DNA of 64,000 nucleotides from a phage: sequence record OZ346182.1; one strand, 5' to 3'. Shown piece by piece: positions 40,463 to 49,285 of this stretch (position 1 is its first letter; each line of letters starts with the position of its first letter). The notes under the pieces were generated by a model. It saw only the letters and a program-made list of their open reading frames with translations, ran no database searches and was not told where the DNA came from. The position numbers and the translations under genes were made by a program.

Positions 40463-41248
40463 ATGGGTATTGTAAAAATCATCAATGGCGATATCTTTGC
40501 CGCATTTGATAAAGGTAAGTTTGACATTATTGGTCACGGTTGCAACTGTATGAATTTAATGGGTGCAGGTATCGCTGACAAGATTTCTAAACTTTACCCA
40601 AAAGCATATGAGACAGATACAGAAGTCTATCTATATGCAGGTGGCATAGGTCACAAACCCTGTGAAAATTTACTGGGTAATTTCTCTGTAGCACGTTTAA
40701 AACAAGGTCGTATAGCTAACCTTTACACTCAGCTTAAGACTGGTAAAGATGCCCGATACAGTGCTTTAGAGTCATCTTTGAAGCAACTTAACAGATACTG
40801 TGAAGTTAATCAGTTGAAGAAAGTTGGTTTACCTATGATTGGTGCAGGTATCGGTGGACTTGACCCTCAAGCCGTCACAGTTATCATCAATCAGGTGATG
40901 AAGAGCGTAGATGTTTATCTATATGTCTATGAAGGAGAGATGTACCATAAGTTACTCTCAGGTTGGAAGAACTACTGTGAACCAGAATACTTTGCAGGTG
41001 TAGCAGTGTTCACAGATAACGCAGTTACCCTCTTCAGACGAAGAAAAGGTAAGATACATCAAAGTAACCCTCCGGTTGAAAAGATGTCTCTAAGTAACGC
41101 TCTAGTTACCCACCTGTCAAAGAGCAATCACAGAATTGCTGTAACATTTGGTAGTGATGCAGAAGCTTATATCTATGCAAGAACTGATGAGGATATTGAG
41201 GCAATCTTCTCTTCACCAGAAGTTACCTTCTTAGACGCAAAGAACTAA
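40463..41248 (+). CDS. macrodomain protein (TARG1/OARD1-like ADP-ribose hydrolase fold) with C-terminal extension
   Basis: INGDIFAAFDKGKFDIIGHGCNCMNLMGAGIA and VGLPMIGAGIGGLD align by eye to TARG1 GDLFA...HCIS...MGAGIA and LSMPRIGCGLD. Confidence 0.7.
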   Translation: MGIVKIINGDIFAAFDKGKFDIIGHGCNCMNLMGAGIADKISKLYPKAYETDTEVYLYAGGIGHKPCENLLGNFSVARLKQGRIANLYTQLKTGKDARYSALESSLKQLNRYCEVNQLKKVGLPMIGAGIGGLDPQAVTVIINQVMKSVDVYLYVYEGEMYHKLLSGWKNYCEPEYFAGVAVFTDNAVTLFRRRKGKIHQSNPPVEKMSLSNALVTHLSKSNHRIAVTFGSDAEAYIYARTDEDIEAIFSSPEVTFLDAKN

Positions 41249-41316
41249 GAAACTCTGTAGGATATTCACAATAGACTAAGCCTTTCTTATCTGGTAAATT
41301 TTTCAGGTAAGGAGGG

Positions 41317-41504
41317 CTTTTTCATTTCAGATTTGTGCAGGTAGAGTTCTGTAGAGAAATCTATAGAGAAAATTTTGAACTCCAAAGAGAAAATTCATTC
41401 TCAAACTGTGCAGGTAATCTCCAAAGAGCTTTTTCATTTTCAAAACGTGCAGACCCCGCTCAGGTCGGGCAAGAAAAATCATTTTAGAATTGTGCAGGTA
41501 GGTT
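41317..41504 (+). repeat. four direct repeats, consensus TTCATTTY-N6-TGTGCAGGTA, followed by a C-rich polypyrimidine tract (41515-41560)
   Basis: Copies at 41317-41346, 41391-41420, 41429-41458, 41475-41504. Confidence 0.5.
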
Positions 41505-41676
41505 TTTATAGACAGCCAGCCCAACCCCTCTCCCCCTCTTACTCCCCCTCTCCCCAAAAGTCAAGAGAAAAATTTGTAGCGGATTGAAAAATAATTCTTG
41601 ATTTGCGTTCTGTTTTGTGGTAGTCGTGCGCACCCGTTTCATTACAGTTTTGCCAAAAATATTTTTAAAATTTTTA

Positions 41677-41736
41677 TTGACTCTTTGAACGTGGTTATCT
41701 AATATTTGCATCAACGGAGAGGGAATAACCTTCCCC
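41677..41736 (+). promoter_or_regulatory. sigma70-like promoter (TTGACT-17-TAATAT) plus 5'-leader hairpin (element A copy 1)
   Basis: -35 41677-82, -10 41700-05; hairpin GGAGAGGGAATAACCTTCCCC 41716-36. Confidence 0.55.
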
Positions 41737-41771
41737 ACTAAATAACTAACCTTAAACTAGGAGACTCTAAA

Positions 41772-42152
41772 ATGGCATATCGTGCACCTAAATTCATCAA
41801 TAAAGACAACTTTCGCAACGCACTGGAGAAGGCACTTGATGAGAATTTCAAAGGTAACGTTATCGTTGTTCACTCGTTCAATTTCAAGTATGATATCAAC
41901 GGGAACAAAATCAACCACTACACTGCAACCATGCTAGATGGTACACTATCAAGTGAAAAAGCCGTACTGAATGCACTAGCAGGACGCGGAAAAGTATTAG
42001 TAAGATGTGATAAGAGACGTTATCAAGGCGGCGCATATGGTTACGACGATGCTATTTATCATCTTGAAAATATGGGCTATCAAGTAGAAAAAGCTGGGGT
42101 ATCACAAATCATCGGTAGTGATGGCTACGTGACAATCTTCAAAATTAAATAA
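41772..42152 (+). CDS. hypothetical protein (cassette gene 1)
   Basis: 126 aa; AGGAG RBS; no motif recognised. Confidence 0.45.
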   Translation: MAYRAPKFINKDNFRNALEKALDENFKGNVIVVHSFNFKYDINGNKINHYTATMLDGTLSSEKAVLNALAGRGKVLVRCDKRRYQGGAYGYDDAIYHLENMGYQVEKAGVSQIIGSDGYVTIFKIK

Positions 42153-42154
42153 AA

Positions 42155-42210
42155 AGTACTTTACAAGGGGCTTATAGTTCGATAAAGTAAGCCCCAGATA
42201 AAGAGCTTTA
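42155..42210 (+). promoter_or_regulatory. element B copy 1: TTTACA-17-TAAAGT promoter-like sequence overlapping hairpin GGGGCTT...AAGCCCC
   Basis: AAGTACTTTACAAGGGGCTTATAGTTCGATAAAGTAAGCCCCAGATAAAGAGCTTTAC. Confidence 0.5.
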
Positions 42211-42240
42211 CCACTAAATCCTAAATTGGAGAACTTAAAA

Positions 42241-42531
42241 ATGGCTACTATCAAAAACGTTGTAATTCCTGCAAAAACTCGTGATGACGCTCGCATTATG
42301 GCTAAAAAGTTAGGCGGGAAAGTGGTTGACAACGGAAAACAATCTGCTGTAAGATGGGGCGTGAAGACTGATAGACAGTTGAAGTTAAAAAATTCACCAA
42401 TAAACCTTTTTACATGTGTAAACACTATCGGGAAGACAAATGTATACACGAAAAAGGCATATATTAGACGCGTAGCCTTAACATCCCCCATTCGTACAAT
42501 GAGAGGTTATGCAAAACTGAAAATTAACTGA
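42241..42531 (+). CDS. hypothetical basic protein (cassette gene 2)
   Basis: ATG 42241 after GGAGAA; 96 aa. Confidence 0.4.
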   Translation: MATIKNVVIPAKTRDDARIMAKKLGGKVVDNGKQSAVRWGVKTDRQLKLKNSPINLFTCVNTIGKTNVYTKKAYIRRVALTSPIRTMRGYAKLKIN

Positions 42532-42534
42532 TAA

Positions 42535-42591
42535 AGTACTTTACAGGGGGCTTAAAAGTTGGTATCTTAAGCCCCAGATAAAGAGCTTTAC
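42535..42591 (+). promoter_or_regulatory. element B copy 2
   Basis: AGTACTTTACAGGGGGCTTAAAAGTTGGTATCTTAAGCCCCAGATAAAGAGCTTTAC. Confidence 0.5.
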
Positions 42592-42619
42592 CACTAAATC
42601 CTAAACTGGAGATTCAAAA

Positions 42620-43132
42620 ATGAAAACTGTAGACGCTACCTTTGAAGTTGTAAAAGAAAAATTCACCATTATCTATGAAGCGGTAAATTGCTACGAAGCA
42701 AGCCATAACCTTGATAATTGGAAGTTTACAGATGACCATCAAGGCGGCGTGACTGTTAAAAATCCTAACTATCAGCATAATGCATTTAAATATGCAATCC
42801 CTTTGCATTACAGCCTTAAACAGCTTTCAAGTGACTATGCAAAACAAGGCCGGGAAAATCCATCGAAAGAGGCTTACACCAGCTTACAGAAAGAACTAGA
42901 AAGAGATTTAGAGGCTTCAGAATACAACCTTGCCGCGAAAGTTGTGGATGCAAACGGTAACACGGTTTTAGAAAGTTTTTATCTTGGTTATGCTTTCGAT
43001 TGGTGCTATCGTGACGGCGATGATTTAGAGGATAGACTAAAAGAAGAGGTGAACAATTCAGACGCAGAAACTGAAGTATTAGAACGTTTGGAATCGTTGA
43101 AAGACTCAGTGATGAATATCTTTAAGAACTAA
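42620..43132 (+). CDS. hypothetical acidic protein (cassette gene 3)
   Basis: 170 aa ORF. Confidence 0.45.
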   Translation: MKTVDATFEVVKEKFTIIYEAVNCYEASHNLDNWKFTDDHQGGVTVKNPNYQHNAFKYAIPLHYSLKQLSSDYAKQGRENPSKEAYTSLQKELERDLEASEYNLAAKVVDANGNTVLESFYLGYAFDWCYRDGDDLEDRLKEEVNNSDAETEVLERLESLKDSVMNIFKN

Positions 43133-43134
43133 AT

Positions 43135-43195
43135 AGCTTTCTTTACACGGGGTTATCAAGCTGGTAGGATAGCCCCAGATAAAGAGATTTATCAA
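43135..43195 (+). promoter_or_regulatory. element B copy 3 (diverged)
   Basis: CTTTACACGGGGTTATCAAGCTGGTAGGATAGCCCCAGATAAAGAG. Confidence 0.4.
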
Positions 43196-43224
43196 ATAAA
43201 GCCCTTAAACTAGGAGATTCTAAA

Positions 43225-43521
43225 ATGAAATTATCAAATCAAGTGCGTGAAAATCTGAGCAAATTACTCAACAAAATTGATTTCATTGAAACATCAAGGA
43301 ATAGTCATGATGTTATGGAATGGTTACACGGCAAAATAAAAGGCCGTCGTGTAGTGATTTGCTTATGGAATAGTTGCAGGGAATATAAAAAACCTGTATT
43401 GCAAGTTAATATTTATGATGATACTTTTAAAAGTCCTGTAAAGTCTAAAAGCGATTTATTAGAATCCTATGAGATAACTGTAAATGGCAAAGTATCACGT
43501 AAAGAGGAAACACCATGTTAA
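43225..43521 (+). CDS. hypothetical protein (cassette gene 4)
   Basis: 98 aa ORF. Confidence 0.4.
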   Translation: MKLSNQVRENLSKLLNKIDFIETSRNSHDVMEWLHGKIKGRRVVICLWNSCREYKKPVLQVNIYDDTFKSPVKSKSDLLESYEITVNGKVSRKEETPC

Positions 43522-43847
43522 TGACTGGTATCACTGCAATCATTGCCATTTTCGCGCTATATAAGGCATATAAAGCCTATAATCTAGCAAATAAGGCAAT
43601 CACACAGCAGGTCAGCAATAACCTTGTAGAGAGCTTTCTAGGGCGTCTCAGTGATGAGCAAATAAAGCGGCTAGAGATGAGCTTCAGATACAAAGCGAAA
43701 ACCTATCAGATAAGTGACATCTTCAAAGATGATTTTCAGTTAATCGATGATTATAATTCACTAATAAATGCTTTAAATATCAGTGACTTAAAAGACTACT
43801 ACGCTGTAATTGTTCAAGAATTGAGCAAACGAAAACAAAACTGTTGA
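43515..43847 (+). CDS. hypothetical protein with N-terminal TM (cassette gene 5)
   Basis: 110 aa; hydrophobic N-terminus. Confidence 0.4.
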   Translation: MLMTGITAIIAIFALYKAYKAYNLANKAITQQVSNNLVESFLGRLSDEQIKRLEMSFRYKAKTYQISDIFKDDFQLIDDYNSLINALNISDLKDYYAVIVQELSKRKQNC

Positions 43848-43903
43848 CACTGGTTTTTAGATAGATTAAATTACACATCAACGGGGAGGGAATGACCTTC
43901 CCC
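43844..43903 (+). promoter_or_regulatory. element A copy 2: TTGACA-17-TAAATT promoter plus leader hairpin
   Basis: -35 43844-49, -10 43867-72, hairpin GGGGAGGGAATGACCTTCCCC 43883-903. Confidence 0.55.
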
Positions 43904-43937
43904 ACTAAATAAAGTCCTTAAACTAGGAGATTCTAAA

Positions 43938-44210
43938 ATGTATACTACTAACAACGGTCGCACTTTAAATGTCACACTACGTCACTATGTAGATGGTGTC
44001 ATGCACTTTGAAGACTTACAAGCTGAGCAACATATCTTAGATTGGCAAGTAGCAGGACTCCAAAAAACTGCTACGGGATACGGTAAAAAGATTCCAACCA
44101 GTTGGAAAGTACACTACGAAGGACGTTTGCGCAGAATTTATCAGGATGTGCAAAGCAATAGCGCATCGAGTTACATTATAGTAAAAGGCAAAAAACTGCA
44201 TTTAATGTAA
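43938..44210 (+). CDS. hypothetical protein (cassette gene 6)
   Basis: 90 aa ORF. Confidence 0.4.
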   Translation: MYTTNNGRTLNVTLRHYVDGVMHFEDLQAEQHILDWQVAGLQKTATGYGKKIPTSWKVHYEGRLRRIYQDVQSNSASSYIIVKGKKLHLM

Positions 44211-44268
44211 AGTACTTTACATGGGGCTTGGAAGTTGATATCTTAAGCCCCAGATAAAGAGCTTTACC
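44211..44268 (+). promoter_or_regulatory. element B copy 4
   Basis: AGTACTTTACATGGGGCTTGGAAGTTGATATCTTAAGCCCCAGATAAAGAGCTTTAC. Confidence 0.5.
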
Positions 44269-44296
44269 ACTCAATCCTAAATTGGAGAACTTAAAA

Positions 44297-44701
44297 ATGG
44301 CTATTAATAACCGTGAATTATCAATGTTAAAAGCACGTTTGACCGTTAATCGAATCAACATTATGACATCATCAGCGCCTGATGAGACATTGCACAACAT
44401 TATCGGAAAGATTCAAAGCGTTATTTTAGACGTTGAAAACGTAAAAAGTTCATTGGCTGACGTTGCAGCAGGTATCACGCTAGACGGTGCGCAATATGAA
44501 ATGTCCGACATGTTAGGCAAATCAAAGGTAATGAATAAAGAGCTTGATTTAAAGATGTTCCGATTTGCTGTTAAAGTATGGCTATCCGTCGAGTATGACG
44601 CTAATTTTGCAATCGCTGATTTCTTTGCCACTTGGTTACAACGTAATTTGACAAATCACGATTTTCGTGATGTCTGTGATGCAATTTATGCAGAACTCTA
44701 A
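44297..44701 (+). CDS. hypothetical protein (cassette gene 7)
   Basis: ATG 44297 after GGAGAA; 134 aa. Confidence 0.4.
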   Translation: MAINNRELSMLKARLTVNRINIMTSSAPDETLHNIIGKIQSVILDVENVKSSLADVAAGITLDGAQYEMSDMLGKSKVMNKELDLKMFRFAVKVWLSVEYDANFAIADFFATWLQRNLTNHDFRDVCDAIYAEL

Positions 44702-44710
44702 AAAATTTTG

Positions 44711-44770
44711 TTGACACTGGTTTTTAGATAGATTAAATTACACATCAACGGGGAGGGAATGACCTTCCCC
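44711..44770 (+). promoter_or_regulatory. element A copy 3
   Basis: -35 44711-16, -10 44734-39, hairpin 44750-70. Confidence 0.55.
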
Positions 44771-44802
44771 ACTAAATAAAGTCCTAAACTGGAGATTCTA
44801 AA

Positions 44803-45006
44803 ATGGCTATTATTAACGGTTTAACCATTGAAACTACACACATCAAAGATATCAAAGTTGGCGATATAGTCCTTTCCCACGGCGTAGAAAAAACTGTCAC
44901 TGCAAAGGATATCAAAGAGGATTCTTTCATGGGTAGGACTCTTTTCGGTGATTCTTATTGCTTAGGTTACCTTGCAGTTTTAAAAGTTGTCAAAAATAAC
45001 AAATAA
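44803..45006 (+). CDS. hypothetical small protein (cassette gene 8)
   Basis: 67 aa ORF. Confidence 0.35.
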   Translation: MAIINGLTIETTHIKDIKVGDIVLSHGVEKTVTAKDIKEDSFMGRTLFGDSYCLGYLAVLKVVKNNK

Positions 45007-45063
45007 AGTACTTTACATGGGGCTTATAGTTCGATAAAGTAAGCCCCAGATAAAGAGCTTTAC
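45007..45063 (+). promoter_or_regulatory. element B copy 5
   Basis: Near-identical to copy 1. Confidence 0.5.
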
Positions 45064-45090
45064 ACAATCCTTAAACTAGGAGATTAAAAA

Positions 45091-45339
45091 ATGATGAATT
45101 ATTTCAATATCCCTGATACCTGCCGACTGTTGACACGAGAAGAAAACTTGGGTAAACCTTTTCTTTACCACATGCCAGATAACACACCAAAAACTTATAG
45201 TTACAATGTCAACCGTTTTACCGCATACGCTGCAAAGAACGGTTATAAGTTGGTCACTCAAAAAGTAATGCTGGTTACAATCGCTGACGAGGTTCCTACG
45301 GTTGCAGTTAAACTAATTTTCTCAAAGAAAGTTAAATAA
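45091..45339 (+). CDS. hypothetical protein (cassette gene 9)
   Basis: 82 aa ORF. Confidence 0.4.
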   Translation: MMNYFNIPDTCRLLTREENLGKPFLYHMPDNTPKTYSYNVNRFTAYAAKNGYKLVTQKVMLVTIADEVPTVAVKLIFSKKVK

Positions 45340-45349
45340 AGTACTTTAC

Positions 45350-45407
45350 AAGGGGCTTATAGTTCGATAAAGTAAGCCCCAGATAAAGAGCTTTACACAA
45401 TCCTTAA
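45350..45407 (+). promoter_or_regulatory. element B copy 6
   Basis: Near-identical to copies 1 and 5. Confidence 0.5.
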
Positions 45408-45423
45408 ACTAGGAGATTCAAAA

Positions 45424-45966
45424 ATGAAATGCTATCACGGAACTACTCAAGAAAATTTCCTCAACCTGATTAATAACGGTGATAAACCATCAGGCGCATG
45501 GAATTGTTCGGATATGGACGGCAATTTTTACGTGTATCCAGAAAATAAAATCTATGGCGACGATGAGGAAGAAATAGCATCAGAGGGCATTCAGCAAGCT
45601 CTAGGCAATGCCACTATCACCGCAGCTTTTCAGATGAAGACTCAAAATATTGTTATCTTAGAACTCGATATTCCAGAGGATGAGCTAAATGATGATTATT
45701 CTTGTGATAATATGTCGAGTGTAGCAAGTTTTACAGAGTACTTTGATGTAAATTGGATTAAAAAGGTCTATACAACAGAGTTTAACGCTATGTATTCACC
45801 TTTTTGTCTTCCTTCATTGGATAACCCAAATTTAAACTATCTTGATGAGCCTCTGGAGCTTCTTGCTAAAAGTGTCCAACAGTCGGACAGTATTCAGGTT
45901 TTTTGTGACATCATGGACACACTAACGGGAAACATCGCAGAAGAGGATTTAAAGAGCTTTTTCTAA
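45424..45966 (+). CDS. hypothetical acidic protein with N-terminal Y-H-G-T motif (possible ADP-ribosyltransferase-fold protein)
   Basis: MKCYHGTTQENFLNLINNGD resembles the H-G-(S/T) NAD-binding motif of PARP/Tpt1/DarT-type folds; downstream NFYVYPE; assignment tentative. Confidence 0.3.
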   Translation: MKCYHGTTQENFLNLINNGDKPSGAWNCSDMDGNFYVYPENKIYGDDEEEIASEGIQQALGNATITAAFQMKTQNIVILELDIPEDELNDDYSCDNMSSVASFTEYFDVNWIKKVYTTEFNAMYSPFCLPSLDNPNLNYLDEPLELLAKSVQQSDSIQVFCDIMDTLTGNIAEEDLKSFF

Positions 45967-46032
45967 AAACCTATGCAATCGCCTTATAAACACTGATTAG
46001 CCCCTCACAGGGGCTTTTAAGAGGCTTAAATC

Positions 46033-46266
46033 ATGCTTACAACCGTTTATCTTATCCTTTCTATTTGTAATGGTCATTCATGTGATTTTAAAGGGCTTGA
46101 TGAGTTTACAGGAAGTAAAGAAAATGCTGTTCAGGTCTGTCAGATAGCAAGGCAAGACTACCCCGCCAGTGATGACATACAATGTTACTTTAAGACAGAA
46201 GATGAAGATGGTATCTATTTCGATAGTGTAGACGGTCAATATGAAATAATTATAGAAAAAGACTAG
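46033..46266 (+). CDS. hypothetical small protein (cassette gene 11)
   Basis: 77 aa ORF. Confidence 0.35.
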   Translation: MLTTVYLILSICNGHSCDFKGLDEFTGSKENAVQVCQIARQDYPASDDIQCYFKTEDEDGIYFDSVDGQYEIIIEKD

Positions 46267-46323
46267 ACAAGCCTGATAAAAATCTGTAAATTACTAATCA
46301 ACGGGGAGGGAATGACCTTCCCC
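46264..46323 (+). promoter_or_regulatory. element A copy 4
   Basis: -10 TAAATT 46286-91, hairpin 46303-23. Confidence 0.5.
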
Positions 46324-46355
46324 ACTAAACAAAATCCTAAACTGGAGATTCAAAA

Positions 46356-46697
46356 ATGGCTTATGTAACCGTAATTACCGATAAAGCTGGCGCATCTTGG
46401 TCAACTCAGGTTAGTGATAAGATGTCGCCTATGCAGTGCCTAAAATACTTTGAACAGTGGAACAAAGGCGAGGACACAAGCCCCTTTCACGTAATGCAGA
46501 TTATTCATGTAGACAATGAAGGGAAGAAAACAACCCTGAATAGTGAGTACTACGCAAGCCGTTTTGAAACGAGAAGTAAAGCAATGAAGCTCTTACGTGA
46601 GGCCGGATATGGTCACATTGCCGCGATAATCTGGGATGACCTTCTAAAAAGTCAACGTATCAGCTATGTAAAGCCTGAAAAAATATTCATCAGTTAA
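46356..46697 (+). CDS. hypothetical protein (cassette gene 12)
   Basis: 113 aa ORF. Confidence 0.4.
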   Translation: MAYVTVITDKAGASWSTQVSDKMSPMQCLKYFEQWNKGEDTSPFHVMQIIHVDNEGKKTTLNSEYYASRFETRSKAMKLLREAGYGHIAAIIWDDLLKSQRISYVKPEKIFIS

Positions 46698-46823
46698 TCA
46701 ATAACTTACAAAAAACTTTTAAAAAAGTGTTGACAATACCCCTTGACATTGGTAACTTTGTTCGAGGGGGTTTATCTAAAAGGGATTCACTTAAAAGATT
46801 CTTTATAGATAAGCTTAAAAAAT

Positions 46824-46883
46824 TGCTTGCAATCAGCTATCAAAACAAGTAAATTACTAATCAACGGGAGGGATGACCTCCCC
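46824..46883 (+). promoter_or_regulatory. element A copy 5 (hairpin variant GGGAGG-GATGA-CCTCCC)
   Basis: -10 TAAATT 46850-55, hairpin 46866-83; tandem TTGACA at 46730-49 upstream. Confidence 0.5.
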
Positions 46884-46916
46884 ACTAAATAAAATCCTTA
46901 AACTAGGAGAGTCAAA

Positions 46917-47447
46917 ATGAACAAGTTTAAAGCTATCAACTTCATTCGTTCAAATGCTGTAATGTCAAAACCTGTAAAAGACACATACGAATTTCGCTGC
47001 AATGGGGTACACTTTGCAACCATCACTAAGTCAGAAAACGGGGCTTATTACGTACATCGTCGTAATGTTGCAACCGTTGTAGTCTCTCACTTTATGCAAG
47101 CTGTAGCGGAGTTATTACCGTTATTCTTAGAGATTTATCTAGGTGAGTGTAAAAACGTTCGTAACCACGTTAAAAACCTTTTAAACGGTTATAAAATGGC
47201 TTATGAACGTTCTATCAAGTCCTTGAACAAGTTCTATAAAGCCCCTGTAAATACTGTTTCAATGGCTTACAGTGTAAGCGGTGAGTTGGTTAGCCTCTTC
47301 GAAGTAGAAGAAATTGAACTATATGACTCACGTCCTAGCGGTTACTCTAAGACACTGGGAGAAGGATTATCTTTCAATATCAAGAACTTAGAAAAAACTT
47401 TAAAAGATATTGAAAAAGATATTGACGAAACAATAAAAAGTCTGTAA
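46917..47447 (+). CDS. hypothetical protein (cassette gene 13)
   Basis: 176 aa ORF. Confidence 0.4.
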   Translation: MNKFKAINFIRSNAVMSKPVKDTYEFRCNGVHFATITKSENGAYYVHRRNVATVVVSHFMQAVAELLPLFLEIYLGECKNVRNHVKNLLNGYKMAYERSIKSLNKFYKAPVNTVSMAYSVSGELVSLFEVEEIELYDSRPSGYSKTLGEGLSFNIKNLEKTLKDIEKDIDETIKSL

Positions 47448-47481
47448 ATTACTAATCAACGGGGAGGGAATGACCTTCCCC
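47422..47481 (+). promoter_or_regulatory. element A copy 6
   Basis: -35 TTGACG 47422-27, -10 TAAATT 47445-50, hairpin 47461-81. Confidence 0.55.
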
Positions 47482-47515
47482 ACTAAATAAAACCCTTAAA
47501 CTAGGAGATTCAAAA

Positions 47516-47764
47516 ATGGCAACTATCCGCGCTACTGTTAACGAGTTCGGTTTTTCCTCTCTGGATGTTAAATTTGACATTGTAGGCACTGATAACGCCT
47601 TTGAAATGGTGAAAGGTCTTATCAGTCAGACCATCAAAGGCTATAATCCTTCTAATGAGTTCTGGGAGGAAACAAAACAGGAAGTTCTTAAAGAGGGTTA
47701 TTCTTTTCACTATTGGGGTGAAAAAATTGTCTCCCTGTACTACGACAAAGAAGGCACTAACTAA
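47516..47764 (+). CDS. hypothetical protein (cassette gene 14)
   Basis: 82 aa ORF. Confidence 0.4.
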   Translation: MATIRATVNEFGFSSLDVKFDIVGTDNAFEMVKGLISQTIKGYNPSNEFWEETKQEVLKEGYSFHYWGEKIVSLYYDKEGTN

Positions 47765-47774
47765 TCGACGCAGC

Positions 47775-47830
47775 GGGGCTAAATAGCCCCAGATACCTTT
47801 ACAGCCCCTTTCCCATAGGGGCTTTTTTAC
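47775..47830 (+). terminator. tandem hairpins, second followed by T-tract
   Basis: GGGGCTAAATAGCCCC then AGCCCCTTTCCCATAGGGGCTTTTTTAC. Confidence 0.6.
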
Positions 47831-48125
47831 GTCTATCCAATCCTCATACAACCCCTTTCCCTTTCCTTTCCAGAATCTTATCAGACCTTAAAAAGCAATA
47901 ACTTTACAGCCTTTTACTAAGTCAATTAATTGGCCTTATTAATAAGCCCTTAAACATAAGCCAATAACCCCAGAAAGGGGGCAACCCATTTAAACGCCAT
48001 ATAAAGCCCTATAACGGCCTTTTTAACCTAACTTAAGGGATTGCATTACCTCACCCTTAAAAGCCCTTTATAAAGCTTCACAGAGCCTTAAAAGAATCTT
48101 ATAAGGGTGTAAGCTTTATTATCTC

Positions 48126-48210
48126 GCTTTTAATTTTTATAAAATTCCATCGGTTGTCCCAACCTCTGGGTCACCAGCATATGTGAACAAAATATCTATC
48201 CTTCTTAACA
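48126..48210. repeat. left arm of ~85 bp near-perfect inverted repeat
   Basis: CGCTTTTAATTTTTATAAAATTCCATCGGTTGTCCCAACCTCTGGGTCACCAGCATATGTGAACAAAATATCTATCCTTCTTAACA; reverse complement found at 49286-49370. Confidence 0.75.
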
Positions 48211-48450
48211 ATCCCTACATAGTTATGCTTTTTAAGGCACTGTTAGCAACTTGTTAGCCCCTTGTTAAATCTCTGTTAAGACCACGTAAAAGCCTTGTAA
48301 GAGTCTTTGACATAGCCTTAAAAGCTCCTGTAAAGCCCTATAAAGAGCTTTCTGTATAGTTGGGGTGTAACTACTAGGAAGAGACTTAAAAGAGCTTACA
48401 AGGAGCTATAGAGAGCTTTTAAGAGGTATGTTTAAAGAATCACTAGGGAT

Positions 48451-48474
48451 TGGTAACAATACCAATTAAGAAGT
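48451..48474. repeat. inner 24 bp inverted repeat, left copy (itself containing palindrome ATTGGTA-ACAA-TACCAAT)
   Basis: CTAGGGATTGGTAACAATACCAAT; reverse complement at 48642-48665. Confidence 0.6.
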
Positions 48475-48641
48475 AAAGGGAACGATAAGAAAAGAGTAGT
48501 GACCATGTTAATAGCTTGTTAAAAAGATTAAACACTTGTTAGGAACTTGTAATTATCTTAACAAAATAACTCTTTAAAATTAACTTCTTAGCTCTTGTTA
48601 GTCATCTGTTAAGATTCTGTAAAGCCTATTCAGCACTTGTT

Positions 48642-48665
48642 AATTGGTATTGTTACCAATCCCTA
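48642..48665. repeat. inner 24 bp inverted repeat, right copy
   Basis: ATTGGTATTGTTACCAATCCCTAG. Confidence 0.6.
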
Positions 48666-49285
48666 GAAAACTGTTAAGCCCTTGTTAGTTCTGTTAAGAA
48701 ACTGTTAAGACTTTTGAAGATTTGTTAAGAGCTTGAGAGAGTTGTTAAGAAATTGTTAAGGATATTTTAAAATTTTGCAAAGTACTTGTAAGGGAGCTGT
48801 TAAGGGCTACCAAGCAGATATACATCTTCTACAGATATTTTTCAGTTCCTTCAAAGACCCTAAAAAATGACTTGATAGTCCTATTTTATAAAAATTTTAA
48901 GATTCTGAATAATTACCTAGACAGTCTTTTAAAAATACAGGTAATAACAGGCTTATAAGATACCTTGTTAGTACCGTGTTAGACCTTGTGAGATAAGGTC
49001 TGTAAAGATATTCCTGTTAAGTTTGTTAAAACAGTCTATATAGAGGCTTAGTAATACCTAGTGAACACCTATAGAGGGTATCATAGCTAACCTAGAGATT
49101 AAGAGGTGTATAGGAGCTTCTAAGAGGGTATAGAGAGATGGTTAAGGTGATTGTATAGGTTGTTAAGAAGGCTTGTTAGAGGGCTTGTTAGAAGGGTTAT
49201 ACAGAGGGCTATTAAGACCACTAGATAGTTACTAAGATACTATATAGTACTATATAACTATATAGAGAGTAAGATTAAGAGGGTT

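Noticed and set aside
45424-45966. Calling the Y-H-G-T protein a Tpt1/KptA RNA 2'-phosphotransferase
   Set aside because: The protein is acidic and lacks the Arg-rich substrate-binding motifs of Tpt1; only the generic ART-fold motif is shared, so it is kept as an unassigned ART-like candidate.
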